A stretch of 61,670 nucleotides of DNA, the filler included. It is 6 parts of 6 records of this genome, joined end to end, with 100 filler letters (N's around TTAATTAATTAA, not from the genome) between each part and the next. Parts side by side here need not be neighbours in the genome. Positions count along the whole stretch, not along the records: positions 37,746 to 52,127 come from SRR31156797_20974; 5 more parts are not named here. The stretch is one strand, 5' to 3'. Each line of letters opens with the position of its first letter. The first letter of the stretch is position 1. Under the pieces are notes generated by a model. It was not told the origin of the DNA. It ran no database searches and worked only from the letters and a program-made list of their open reading frames with translations. A program made the position numbers and the translations under genes. Below, in pieces: positions 41,246 to 51,138 of this stretch.

Positions 41246-41902
41246 ATGGCAATTATTGCACCCTCCATACTTTCGGCGGACTTTACCAAACTTGGCCAGG
41301 AGATAAAAAGCGTTGAGGAAGCCGGGGCGGACTGGATTCACATCGACGTAATGGACGGCCAGTTCGTGCCCAACATCAGCTACGGACCCATCATTGTGGA
41401 CGCCTGCAACAAGGTCACCGACCTGCCCCTGGACGTCCACCTCATGATCGAAAAACCCGACCATCTCATCCCCGAGTTCATCAAAGCCGGGGCCGACCTC
41501 ATATCCGTCCATGCAGAGGCCTGCACCCACCTTCACCGGACCATCCAGCTCATCAAAGGGGCCGGTGTCCAGGCCGGAGTCGCCGTCAACCCGGCAACCT
41601 CCCTCACCGGTCTTGAGTGGGTGATCGAGGAGCTCGACTTTGTCCTGATCATGAGCGTCAACCCGGGCTTTGGCGGACAGAAGTTCATCGAGTCAAGCAT
41701 CGAGAAGATTGATCAGCTCTCGGGCCTGATCGAGGAGACAGGCTCAAACGCCATCATCCAGGTGGACGGCGGCATCGGCCTGTCCACCATCAAGGAAGTG
41801 GCGGACGCCGGGACGGAATCCTTTGTGGCAGGCTCTGCCATCTTCAACACCCCGGACTACAAGGAAACCATCACAGCACTCAGAAACAAGATAGAGGAAT
41901 AA
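41246..41902 (+). CDS. rpe: Ribulose-phosphate 3-epimerase
   Basis: [33 protein letters not shown] and VDGG. Confidence 0.97.
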   Translation: MAIIAPSILSADFTKLGQEIKSVEEAGADWIHIDVMDGQFVPNISYGPIIVDACNKVTDLPLDVHLMIEKPDHLIPEFIKAGADLISVHAEACTHLHRTIQLIKGAGVQAGVAVNPATSLTGLEWVIEELDFVLIMSVNPGFGGQKFIESSIEKIDQLSGLIEETGSNAIIQVDGGIGLSTIKEVADAGTESFVAGSAIFNTPDYKETITALRNKIEE

Positions 41903-41903
41903 T

Positions 41904-42359
41904 ATGACAGACATCAGGAGGAAACCAACCGTCCTGGTCATCCACGGCCCCAACCTCAACATGCTGGGCCGCCGTGAACCCGAGACCTACGGCACCGAGA
42001 CCCTGGACCAGATCAACCAGGGCCTGAAATCGCTGGGAAGCGACCTTGGGATCGATGTCACCGTTTTTCAGTCAAACCATGAAGGTGCCATCGTGGACGC
42101 CATACAAAAGGCCTTTGAGGAGAAAACGGACGGCATCATCATCAACCCGGCCGCCTACACCCACACGAGCGTTGCCATCAAGGACGCCCTCCTGATGCTC
42201 TCCTGTCCCATGATCGAGGTCCACCTCTCCAACATCTACAAGCGGGAGGCGTTCAGGCACAAGTCCATGGTATCGGACGTGGTGACCGGCCAGATCGCGG
42301 GCCTCGGTTCCAGGGGCTACCGGCTCGCCCTGACGGCATTGGCGGACCTGATCGGATGA
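41904..42359 (+). CDS. aroQ: Type II 3-dehydroquinate dehydratase
   Basis: [30 protein letters not shown] and EVHLSN..RE.FRH.S. Confidence 0.96.
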   Translation: MTDIRRKPTVLVIHGPNLNMLGRREPETYGTETLDQINQGLKSLGSDLGIDVTVFQSNHEGAIVDAIQKAFEEKTDGIIINPAAYTHTSVAIKDALLMLSCPMIEVHLSNIYKREAFRHKSMVSDVVTGQIAGLGSRGYRLALTALADLIG

Positions 42360-42434
42360 GTTGTGCATGGTATGGATGTTTGCACTCGCAATTGATACCA
42401 GATGGCCTGTTACAATAAAATGGAATCTATTCAT

Positions 42435-43178
42435 ATGCGAGAAGCGATAATACTTGCGGCAACCCGGATGGAGATTGATCCCTTGCTGGAGGCGTCAACG
42501 GTGAAACGTGAAACCCGATCCACAGTTGGCAGGCCCGTGATCGAAATCGAGCACGGGGGGCGGAGTGCCACGGTGATCATCACAGGACCCGGCATGATCA
42601 ACACGGCCCAGGCCCTGACCATGGCCATGGAGCGATTCAAACCGGACCTTGTTATCCAGACCGGCATTGCCGGGGTGTTTGACAAGGCCGGGCTCAGGCC
42701 CGGTGACATCGGGGTGGCCGAATCCGAACATTATATCCACACGGGACTGGACAGGGGTGACGCCCCAGGCCTTCCCGATCCCCTGCCCTTTGACCTGATC
42801 GACGCCGATCCGGACACACGCATGGGCCGCTTTCCTGTTGATACGGCCCTGGCAGACCAGGCCCTGGCCGTCATCCGGGACGGGTTCGCCGACGCGCCCT
42901 GCCGGGTGGTGAAAGGGCCGTTCATCACGGTCTCCACCATCACGGCCACAGACGCCACCGCGGACAGGCTTTTTGACACCTGCGCCCCCTGCATGGAAGC
43001 CATGGAAGGGGCGGCATCGGCCCAGATCGCCGCCCTGTACAAGGCCAGGTTCCTGGAGATCAGGGCCGGCTCCAACCGGGTGGGCAAACGGGACAAAACA
43101 CAATGGGAGATTCCCCTGGCCGCCCAACGGGCATCCAGGGCCGTCTCCTTAGTTCTTGAGAAAAGGAGGATGCCTTGA
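42435..43178 (+). CDS. mqnB: Futalosine hydrolase (PNP/UDP phosphorylase fold)
   Basis: TGPGMINTA, TGIAG, FITVSTIT, EAMEGAA and EIRAGSNRVGKRD..W. Confidence 0.82.
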   Translation: MREAIILAATRMEIDPLLEASTVKRETRSTVGRPVIEIEHGGRSATVIITGPGMINTAQALTMAMERFKPDLVIQTGIAGVFDKAGLRPGDIGVAESEHYIHTGLDRGDAPGLPDPLPFDLIDADPDTRMGRFPVDTALADQALAVIRDGFADAPCRVVKGPFITVSTITATDATADRLFDTCAPCMEAMEGAASAQIAALYKARFLEIRAGSNRVGKRDKTQWEIPLAAQRASRAVSLVLEKRRMP

Positions 43179-44272
43179 CTGGTGAAACAAAAACCCCTGA
43201 AGGTCTGAATATTTCCCACTATTTCCTGTTCGGGATCCTGGCCCTGTTTCTGACGTTCAGTTACAAAATGGTTGCGCCCTACCTGGATCCCGTGATCATG
43301 GCTTTTCTGTTGTCCATCATGGCCAACCCGGCCTACCAGCGCCTCAAAAAACGGCTGAGGGGACGAAGCAGTCTTGCCGCCGTGCTGTCCTGCATCCTCC
43401 TGACCCTGGTGATCGTGGTGCCCTTTACCCTGATCTCCTCGGCGGTGATCCGGCAGGGAATCCTGTCCTTCAACGCTATCAACGACTGGATAGCGGCCGG
43501 AAACCTGGAGCGGCTCTTCCAGGTCCCCATGGTCGCGGACTTCATTGCATACGCGGAAAAGCAGCTGACAGGCGACCTGTTCCAGGATATCGACCTCAAG
43601 GCGGTCCTGCTCAAGGTATCGTCCTTTTCCGGGGAGTTCCTCGTGAACCAGGGCGGCTATCTCATCGCCAACATCTCCTCGGTCACGGGTAAGTTCTTCC
43701 TCATGCTCTTTGTCTTTTTCTTTGTAGTCAAGGATCAGAAAAAGATATTCGACTACCTCTTCCACCTCATGCCCATGTCCTCGGCCCATGAGAAGATCCT
43801 GGTGGAAAAGATCGAGGCGGTTGCCAAATCAGCCCTGCTGGGCACCCTGGTGACATCCGGGGCCCAGGGCATTGCCGGCGGCATCGCCTTTACCATCTGC
43901 GGACTGCCCGGCTTTTTCTGGGGAACCGTAATGGCCTTCGCCTCCCTGATTCCCCTGGTGGGAACCGCCATCATCTGGGTGCCCGCGGCCGGCTTTCTCT
44001 TTCTTTCCGGCGCCGTAAAATCCGGCATCTTCCTCGTCATCTGGTCCGTGGTGGTGGTGGGAATGATCGACAACATCGTGCGCCCCCTGTTCATGAAGGG
44101 ATCGGCGGACATGAGCACCCTGCTCATCTTTTTCTCCATCCTGGGAGGGATCAATTACTTCGGACTGATCGGCCTCTTTTACGGGCCGCTCATATTCGGT
44201 ATCACCATGGTGCTTCTCTATATCTACGACCTGGAGTTCCACACCTTTCTCAACCACCAGGACAACCATTGA
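43175..44272 (+). CDS. AI-2E family transporter
   Basis: SLIPLVGTAIIWVP, IDNIVRP and GG..YFGLIGLFYGP. Confidence 0.9.
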   Translation: MTGETKTPEGLNISHYFLFGILALFLTFSYKMVAPYLDPVIMAFLLSIMANPAYQRLKKRLRGRSSLAAVLSCILLTLVIVVPFTLISSAVIRQGILSFNAINDWIAAGNLERLFQVPMVADFIAYAEKQLTGDLFQDIDLKAVLLKVSSFSGEFLVNQGGYLIANISSVTGKFFLMLFVFFFVVKDQKKIFDYLFHLMPMSSAHEKILVEKIEAVAKSALLGTLVTSGAQGIAGGIAFTICGLPGFFWGTVMAFASLIPLVGTAIIWVPAAGFLFLSGAVKSGIFLVIWSVVVVGMIDNIVRPLFMKGSADMSTLLIFFSILGGINYFGLIGLFYGPLIFGITMVLLYIYDLEFHTFLNHQDNH

Positions 44273-44394
44273 GCCGAAAACCTGTTTGTGATTTTCATTG
44301 GGTTCCGGTATAGTTTCAATAGCCTTAAACACACAACTTTCTGTGTTGGCTGTTTTGACCGTCCATCAAGCGTTATCCAACAAAAGGAGGGACC

Positions 44395-44859
44395 ATGATC
44401 AAAGCGGAAGATATCATGACACGGGATGTAATCACGGTATGCGCGGATTGGGAAGTCACCAAGGCGGTTGACATTCTGCTCAACAACCACATCAACGGGG
44501 TGCCCGTGGTCGACGAAGACGGCAATCTCAAGGGCATCCTGTGCCAGAGCGACCTAATTTTCCAGCAGAAACAGGTCTCCATTCCGCCGATTCTGACCCT
44601 GCTGGACGGCATCATTCCCCTCTCCTCCTCCAAACGGCTGGAAAAGGAATTCCAGAAAATTGCCGCCACAACCGTTGAACAGGCCATGATCCACGATCCC
44701 GTCACCGTTGGGCCGGATACCTCCATCAACAAAGTTGCGGCCCTCATGGTTGAAAAACACTTCCACACCCTTCCGGTGGTCAGCAATGGCAAACTTGTGG
44801 GGGTGATCGGAAAAGAGGACGTGCTCAGAACCCTTGCCGAGGATAATTCAAAGAAATAA
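44395..44859 (+). CDS. CBS-domain pair protein
   Basis: AEDIMT, INGVPVVD..G.LKGIL..SDL and LPVV..GKLVGVI; AGGAGG RBS. Confidence 0.9.
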   Translation: MIKAEDIMTRDVITVCADWEVTKAVDILLNNHINGVPVVDEDGNLKGILCQSDLIFQQKQVSIPPILTLLDGIIPLSSSKRLEKEFQKIAATTVEQAMIHDPVTVGPDTSINKVAALMVEKHFHTLPVVSNGKLVGVIGKEDVLRTLAEDNSKK

Positions 44860-44928
44860 ACAAAACCCGGCGCCTCCCCCTCCCCGGGGACGGCGCCGGA
44901 CCTCCGGTGAATCCGTTTTCCTGACAGG

Positions 44929-45552
44929 TCAGCTTGTTTCGCTGAAGCACTGGACCCGGTAGGTCATCACCTCCACCCCTTCGGATTTCCACGCATCGGA
45001 TGAAAGACCCGCCTTGAGGCAAAGATGGGAAAGAAACAGGGACGCCTTGGACAGCTGATCCCACACCTGGGGCAGAAACGTGGCCTTGGCCGCGCCCTTG
45101 GAGAGAATGACCCCGTCCCGGCCGGGCTCGAGCTTTGAGACAAGTTCCTCAGGCGTGGCATAGGTTAGGGACTCCGGCGTTGTCAGCACACTGACCTCGA
45201 TATCCACACGCGCCAGCTCCTCCGGGGTCAGGGGGGAAAACCTGGGATCGCGGAAGGCGGCATTCAAGGCATTCTCAACCACCCCGCTCCTGACCGTATC
45301 ATCGGATTCAAGACTGCCAATGCACCCCCGGAGCGACCCCTCGAGATGAAGGGTGACGAACACCCCCCGCTTTTGGGCGAAAACTGCCTGTTTCAACCGT
45401 TTTTTCAGCTCCGATCTTTCGGCTTTATCCGGATGGACGCCCAGCTTTTCGGCAATGGCGAACCTTGCAAGCCTGACAAGCAACCGGCCCTCTTCCTCTG
45501 AAAAGTCGCGATTGTTTTCATTGTCGCGACCGTTTTCTCTGATTTGATCCAT
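44929..45552 (-). CDS. AMMECR1-domain protein (AmmeMemoRadiSam protein A-like)
   Basis: GVFVTL, LRGCIG, AAFRDPRF, IEVSVL, ATFLPQVW and LCLKAG. Start moved to ATG 45552. Confidence 0.88.
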   Translation of the reverse strand: MDQIRENGRDNENNRDFSEEEGRLLVRLARFAIAEKLGVHPDKAERSELKKRLKQAVFAQKRGVFVTLHLEGSLRGCIGSLESDDTVRSGVVENALNAAFRDPRFSPLTPEELARVDIEVSVLTTPESLTYATPEELVSKLEPGRDGVILSKGAAKATFLPQVWDQLSKASLFLSHLCLKAGLSSDAWKSEGVEVMTYRVQCFSETS

Positions 45553-45556
45553 AAAA

Positions 45557-46546
45557 CTACCACCTTGCAAAATGGTCCTCGGTCCAGCCGGGGACCCCAT
45601 CAATGGAAATAACTTCGTTGTCCCGGGTCCTGAGACGCCCATGGAACCGGCCAAAGCATTGGGTAAAAGCGGTTGCGACCACAAGGGCATTGACATGCTC
45701 CCCCCGGCTGCTGTCCGGCTCAAACCTAAGATCGACCCGGCCGTCATAGGATTTGACATGCCAGGTTGAACCGGCATCTTCCATGGAAAAACTGACCGTA
45801 TCCACCTTGGTCATCACGGAATCGACCCAAAACGCGTTTTCCGTAAACCCGGTCTCGTTCACCCCCCATGACAGATTGAGGCCCAGGGATCTGCCGTCGG
45901 GCAGGCGAAAGGCAATGGCAGCCCAGTTCCAGAAGGTCTTGTGCCGCAAAAAGCCCCCGGTCCAGTCCGAGATGGCAAAGGAGTCGTCCGGGTTGAGCTC
46001 AAAGGTCTCCCCCCTGGCTTCTATGGTCCCCGAAACCGGCACGGGAGCGGCCTTTCTCGTAAAAGTCCACCCCCTGTACCCCGCCCTTGTACAGATCCTC
46101 AAGGGCGGCACAGCGGAATAGTCGGGAACCCCGACCTGGAATTTCAACCCGTCCGCCGACGCTTTTACCCCCTGGTGATCCATGTTGACCCGAACGCCGT
46201 TTTTTTTAAACGAAGAGTCCGGCCGTTCAGGAAACGGGGCAATGCCCGCCCCCCGGCCCAGCAGGGAGATGGTGCTCGTCTCCTCGAGCCATTTATCCTC
46301 CCTGTGATAGACATAGGCAAAAGTGTTGGCCAGGTATCCGAGATCAACCACGGCGATACCGGCCATAATCCCGGGGGATGTGATTCCAATGAAATGGAAC
46401 CCCTTGTAAAGCAACCGTTTCAAAAAAGCGGGAACCTTTCTGCCGGAGGCGGTCAGAAGAAGGTGGTCCTGGCCGTTAATTTCGTCAACAGGTGTGTCAA
46501 AGATGCCAAGGCGAATCGATCCGTCAGGATTTACTATTTTTTCCAT
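45557..46546 (-). CDS. DUF2804-like protein
   Basis: DWTGGFLRHKTFWNWA, GLNL..GVNETGFTENAFW and C-terminal EDHFARW. Confidence 0.7.
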   Translation of the reverse strand: MEKIVNPDGSIRLGIFDTPVDEINGQDHLLLTASGRKVPAFLKRLLYKGFHFIGITSPGIMAGIAVVDLGYLANTFAYVYHREDKWLEETSTISLLGRGAGIAPFPERPDSSFKKNGVRVNMDHQGVKASADGLKFQVGVPDYSAVPPLRICTRAGYRGWTFTRKAAPVPVSGTIEARGETFELNPDDSFAISDWTGGFLRHKTFWNWAAIAFRLPDGRSLGLNLSWGVNETGFTENAFWVDSVMTKVDTVSFSMEDAGSTWHVKSYDGRVDLRFEPDSSRGEHVNALVVATAFTQCFGRFHGRLRTRDNEVISIDGVPGWTEDHFARW

Positions 46547-46780
46547 GGAGTCTCCTTCTCAGGGGGTTAGAGTCCAAAATACATAAACAACCGGAACAAG
46601 TCAATAAAGGTTTCAGGGGCCTTGAATCACATCAGGGAGGATTTTGACGTTTTTCGGAGAAAATCAAAGATATCAAGATATCGCCGAAAACCGGCCAGGC
46701 AAAACTTTATCGCGTTTTTATTCACTTTTCGTCTTCTTATATTGCATCGCAACTTTTTTTCAGCCCCCCCTTAATCGTGC

Positions 46781-46809
46781 TTGACTTAAATAGCATCAAC
46801 CGATAGGGT
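46781..46809 (+). promoter_or_regulatory. Putative sigma70 promoter
   Basis: TTGACT-17 nt-TAGGGT. Confidence 0.5.
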
Positions 46810-46899
46810 GTGAGCCTTAAGGGAGTTTAGAAGTGATTTTTAAACCTCCTCTGCCGCTCGTAATCATTAATGACAACAAATAAAACAAAGGGTGATGCC

Positions 46900-47211
46900 A
46901 TGACAAGTATTGACAAGATACTTATTTCAAGACTAGAAAAAAATGGTATTGAAACATCGCTGATCCCCGGTTTTATCCGCAGTCTTGCCAACGCCCTCCT
47001 GATAAATCCCGGCATGACCCTCCGCCAGGCGAACAAACGGCTCAAATACCTTGGATGGTGCGATATCGAACTGGACTACCACACCCTCCTGCTTGCCAGG
47101 CTCTGTTTTGAAGCAAAAGGGCTCAACAGCCTGGAATACAGGTCGGCCCCCTGGTATGCAAAGAGCTTCCAATCCTGCGACAGCCCCCTTCAATGCCCCA
47201 TGGACCCATAA
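46900..47211 (+). CDS. Small hypothetical protein
   Basis: 103-aa ORF filling an intergenic gap with its own promoter candidate; no motif recognised. Confidence 0.6.
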   Translation: MTSIDKILISRLEKNGIETSLIPGFIRSLANALLINPGMTLRQANKRLKYLGWCDIELDYHTLLLARLCFEAKGLNSLEYRSAPWYAKSFQSCDSPLQCPMDP

Positions 47212-47236
47212 AAAGCCAAATTCGCGCTCAAGAAGC

Positions 47237-47265
47237 TTGACACCCTGACGGCCGCCCTATATCCT
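47237..47265 (+). promoter_or_regulatory. Putative sigma70 promoter
   Basis: TTGACA-17 nt-TATCCT. Confidence 0.55.
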
Positions 47266-47302
47266 TGTAGCGGTGAGAAAAACATGAGACAAAGCCCTAT
47301 CA

Positions 47303-47962
47303 ATGAAAGGAGCCGCCATGATTATCGACAGCCCGACCAAATCAACGGAAGAGATCCTCTTGATCCTGTGCAAAACCGTTCAAAAAGTACTTAAAAAAGC
47401 GTCTGCCCAGGAAATCCTCTTCTCCCCTTTTGTACAGAAGATCAACAAGACCTGCCTCAAGCCGGACATCGGTTGTTTCACAATCTTTGAAGGCGGGATC
47501 TCCGGGCTGCTGATAATGAACTTCTCCAAGGAAGCCGCCCTTGACATCTACAGAAGCTACATGGTCAACATGGGAATCCCGGAAGATGAGCTTTCCATCC
47601 TCCACACCTCCGATGATGTGGCCAATGTGCTTGGAGAGCTCATGAACCAGACCATGGGCCATTTCCAGACCGACCTGAGAAACGAACTCCATGTAACCGT
47701 CAAGCAGAACCAGCCGAAGATGCTGGTGGTCAGCAAGGACCTCTCCATCTCCATCGATGCCCAGATAGAGGACCCCCAATACAGACGGGTCTCGTTTGAA
47801 ACAGAAAGACACAAGCCCTTTTTCCTGGAACTGGGCATTGAAAAAACCGAGTTTGAGCTTCTTTTCCCCTACGAAAAAGAGGTGGATGAAGACATTGACG
47901 AGATTTTCCTGAAGGCCAAGCAGGAACAACGGGAAAAAGGTTCCCAGGGGCAGGATACGTAA
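47303..47962 (+). CDS. DUF3334-like (CheX/CheC-like) protein
   Basis: TCLKPDIGCF, NFSKEAA, HTSDDVANVLGELMNQ and QNQPKM. Confidence 0.7.
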   Translation: MKGAAMIIDSPTKSTEEILLILCKTVQKVLKKASAQEILFSPFVQKINKTCLKPDIGCFTIFEGGISGLLIMNFSKEAALDIYRSYMVNMGIPEDELSILHTSDDVANVLGELMNQTMGHFQTDLRNELHVTVKQNQPKMLVVSKDLSISIDAQIEDPQYRRVSFETERHKPFFLELGIEKTEFELLFPYEKEVDEDIDEIFLKAKQEQREKGSQGQDT

Positions 47963-47989
47963 GCCGGAAAGGCAGCCGGCGCCTGTCCG

Positions 47990-49540
47990 TCACTCCGGGA
48001 ACCGTTTGTTGATCGCGACGAATTGATCCTTTTCCTCAAGAAAGATCTCCACCAGGGCGGGATCAAATTGCTTTCCGGACTCACTCTTGAACAGTTCGAC
48101 GATCCGGTCCATGGACCACGCCTCCTTATAGCAGCGCTGGTGGCTCAGGGCGTCAAAAACGTCGGCAACGGCGGCGATCCTGCCATAGATATGAATATCC
48201 GCCCTGAAAAGCCCCTGGGGATATCCGGTTCCGTCCCATTTTTCATGGTGCTGCCAGGCGACGATGGCTGCGGTCTGCATGATCTGGCGCTTGGAGTTTT
48301 TAAGGATATAATACCCGGTATCGGCGTGGGTCTTGATAATTTCAAACTCTTCCTTGGTCAACTTGCCGGGCTTGTGAAGGATGGCTTCCGGAATCCCGAT
48401 CTTCCCGATGTCGTGCATGGGGGACGCAAGCTTGAGTCTTTCGGCATCGGTCTCATCCATCCCGTATTTTATGGCGAGAAGATGGCAGAATTCCGCCACC
48501 CGGGTCACATGGTTTGCCGTCTCCTTTGACCGGGTCTCAACAATCTCACCAAGGGTGTAGATCACTTCCTTCTGGGTATCGATAATCTCCCGGGTCAGGC
48601 TGATGTTGTCAAACCCGATGGCGACATTGGTGGCATACACCCGAATCAGGTTCCGTTCCATGGGAGAAAGCAGGCTGCACCCGCTCAGGTAGAGAAGGCA
48701 GCTGAAACTCTCCTTTGTCTGGAACACCCCGAGGTATTCGTCTCCGAAAAACGCCTCGCCCCCCTTGTCGGACAACGCCCCAAACCGCTTCATCCCCTCC
48801 CTGGAAAACACCTGCTGAACCGGCAACCCGACCTTGCCGCCACACCCGCCGGTGCCGGCAAGAATCGTGAAAGTATCACCGACACCGGATACGGCATAGG
48901 CGCCGGTGTCGCAACGGGCGGTTCCCGAAGAGCCCTTGAGAATCTCCTGGAGCTGTTCAAGCACACCTGTTGCAAACTGTGACAGGGATCTTTGTTCAAA
49001 AATGGTGGCCGTGGACTGGATGATACGCTCGAGCCCCCGGCGGTTTCCCTCAATGATCTTCAGGCTGGAGTAGGCCCTCAGGGAAGCCGTGACAGTGGTA
49101 AATAGCTTTTGCGCGGTAAGCTCCGTCTTTGCCTTGTAGTCGTTGATGTCGTACCGGGTGATCACCTCGTTCTCCGGCACCTTTCCGGGCTGGCCGGTCC
49201 TGAGCACGATGCGGATCATCTGGTTGTTCAGCTTCTCCCGGACATACTGAACCAGGGTAAGCCCGGTATCTTCCCGCTCCATGACCACATCGAGCAGCAC
49301 CAGGGCGACATCCTCCTCCCGGGAAAGGATCTGCTTGACATCCTCCCCGGAGTACGCACTGAGCAGCTTCACCCCCCGCCCCTCAAACACATAACTGTTC
49401 AAGGCGATCCGGGTGATATCATGGATCTCCGGCTCATCATCGGCCACAAGAATTTTCCAGGGTTCGGCGGAAACACAGATCTCTTCGCCCCCTGGTTTCG
49501 GTTCGTCTGCAAACAAAACCCTGTTGTCGTCGGCTGCCAT
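47990..49540 (-). CDS. Receiver + DUF3369-like + HD-GYP c-di-GMP phosphodiesterase
   Basis: WKILVADDE/LLDVVME receiver; ETANHVTRV, MHDIGKIG, HHEKWDGTGYP and ADVFDAL. Confidence 0.9.
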   Translation of the reverse strand: MAADDNRVLFADEPKPGGEEICVSAEPWKILVADDEPEIHDITRIALNSYVFEGRGVKLLSAYSGEDVKQILSREEDVALVLLDVVMEREDTGLTLVQYVREKLNNQMIRIVLRTGQPGKVPENEVITRYDINDYKAKTELTAQKLFTTVTASLRAYSSLKIIEGNRRGLERIIQSTATIFEQRSLSQFATGVLEQLQEILKGSSGTARCDTGAYAVSGVGDTFTILAGTGGCGGKVGLPVQQVFSREGMKRFGALSDKGGEAFFGDEYLGVFQTKESFSCLLYLSGCSLLSPMERNLIRVYATNVAIGFDNISLTREIIDTQKEVIYTLGEIVETRSKETANHVTRVAEFCHLLAIKYGMDETDAERLKLASPMHDIGKIGIPEAILHKPGKLTKEEFEIIKTHADTGYYILKNSKRQIMQTAAIVAWQHHEKWDGTGYPQGLFRADIHIYGRIAAVADVFDALSHQRCYKEAWSMDRIVELFKSESGKQFDPALVEIFLEEKDQFVAINKRFPE

Positions 49541-49556
49541 ATCGAAGTTATTCTTG

Positions 49557-50930
49557 CTATCCCTGCTGTTTCCGTTCGAAATAGAGATCGACCAGGCGTT
49601 CGGCAAGGCCGGTGTATTCCTTGGTTGTCAATGCTTTCATCCGCTTTCTGTAGGATTCCGGAACTTTTTCCAGGTTATCCACAAAGCGGTCCAGATCCTC
49701 TCGTCCGATCTTCTTTCCCCGGGTCAGATCTTTCATCCGCTCATAGGGATTTTCCTCGCAAAAGACCCTCATGGCCGTCTGAAACGGTTCCGCAAGAAGT
49801 TCGGGATTGTCGTCAAGGTCCCTCTGGATGGCCGCCTGATCCACGGCAACCTTCCCCATTCCCTTCAATGCATTTTTAACGCCGATGAGATAGTAGCCAA
49901 AGGCGGATCCAAGGCTTCTGAGTACGGTGCTGTCGCTCAGGTCCCTCTGGAACCGGGATTTCTGCAGTTTTACGGCAAGGTGCTCCATCATGGAAATGGC
50001 AAGCCCCATGTTTCCTTCGCTGTTTTCAAAGTCGATGGGATTGACCTTGTGGGGCATGGTGGAGGACCCGGTCTCCCCCTCCTTAAGCTGCTGCTTGAAA
50101 TAGCCAAGGGAGATGTATCCCCACATATCCCTGTCAAAATCGATAATGGTGGCGGCAGAACGCACCAGGGAGTGGAGAATGAAGGAAAGCGAAGCATTGG
50201 GATTGATCTGGGTCGTAAAAAGAAGCGGCTCGAGGCCAAGGCTGTTGGAAAGGAATCGCTCCCCGGCAGAGATCCAGTCGATCTCGGGATAGACAAAATA
50301 GTGGGCGTTGTAATTGCCGGTGGCGCCATTGATCTTGGCCTGGACAGAGGCGTTTTCCAGGATCTCGAGTTCGCGGCGAATACGCCATGCGAAATTGACA
50401 AACTCCTTGCCCACCGTGGTCGGGGTCGCGGGCTGGCCATGGGTCCGGCCCATCATGGGCACGGACTTGTACTGGAGAGCCATATTTTCAATGGCTTTCA
50501 GCAGCTCTTCGAGCTGGGCGGCCACGACTTCTTTTCCCTTTTTAAGCATCAACGCATAGGAAATATTGTTGATATCATCGGAGGTACATGCGAAATGAAC
50601 CCACTCCTTCAGGGAAGAAAGCCCGGCCTCTTCAAGACGCCCCTTGACGAAATATTCAACGGCCTTGACATCGTGGTTGGTTGTACGCTCAATTTCCTTG
50701 ACCGCCTCGGCATCCGCCACGGTAATATCGCTGCTGAGCGAATCAAGTTTTTCAAGGAGAGAGCCGTCAACCTCTGCCAGCTTCAGATCCTTTAAAATAA
50801 ATTTCAGCCACTCGATCTCCACATGGACCCTGTGCCGGATCAGTCCAAACTCTGAAAACAATCCGCCAAGCTCTTCGGTCAACCTGCTATATCTTCCATC
50901 AAGCACAGAAAGCGCTTTGATACTCTCCAT
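49557..50930 (-). CDS. purB: Adenylosuccinate lyase
   Basis: LDGRY, TNHDVKAVEY, HFACTSDDINN, RTHGQPATPT and GSSTMPHKVNPIDFENSEGN; GAGGAG RBS before ATG 50930. Confidence 0.96.
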   Translation of the reverse strand: MESIKALSVLDGRYSRLTEELGGLFSEFGLIRHRVHVEIEWLKFILKDLKLAEVDGSLLEKLDSLSSDITVADAEAVKEIERTTNHDVKAVEYFVKGRLEEAGLSSLKEWVHFACTSDDINNISYALMLKKGKEVVAAQLEELLKAIENMALQYKSVPMMGRTHGQPATPTTVGKEFVNFAWRIRRELEILENASVQAKINGATGNYNAHYFVYPEIDWISAGERFLSNSLGLEPLLFTTQINPNASLSFILHSLVRSAATIIDFDRDMWGYISLGYFKQQLKEGETGSSTMPHKVNPIDFENSEGNMGLAISMMEHLAVKLQKSRFQRDLSDSTVLRSLGSAFGYYLIGVKNALKGMGKVAVDQAAIQRDLDDNPELLAEPFQTAMRVFCEENPYERMKDLTRGKKIGREDLDRFVDNLEKVPESYRKRMKALTTKEYTGLAERLVDLYFERKQQG

Positions 50931-51047
50931 AATCTCCTCACACCACAATTGATAAATTACTGTTCCATACGTAATAGCACAGTATTAATTGAAGACGCCC
51001 AAAGTGTCAATTCTTTTCATGGCCGCAATGCTTTGACGCAAAATCGT

Positions 51048-51076
51048 TTGACAAACATATGCACCTGCCTGATAAT
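51048..51076 (+). promoter_or_regulatory. Putative sigma70 promoter of the hybrid kinase gene
   Basis: TTGACA-17 nt-GATAAT. Confidence 0.6.
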
Positions 51077-51138
51077 GCGAACCATACTCTTCAAAACACA
51101 TTTGAGTCTTCAAAAATCAAACACAGGGAATTCATCCC

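Noticed and set aside
37748-43178. ribF-def-fmt-rsmB-rpe-aroQ-mqnB run as an unusual cluster
   Set aside because: These are housekeeping genes in a largely familiar order; mqnB only indicates the futalosine menaquinone route.
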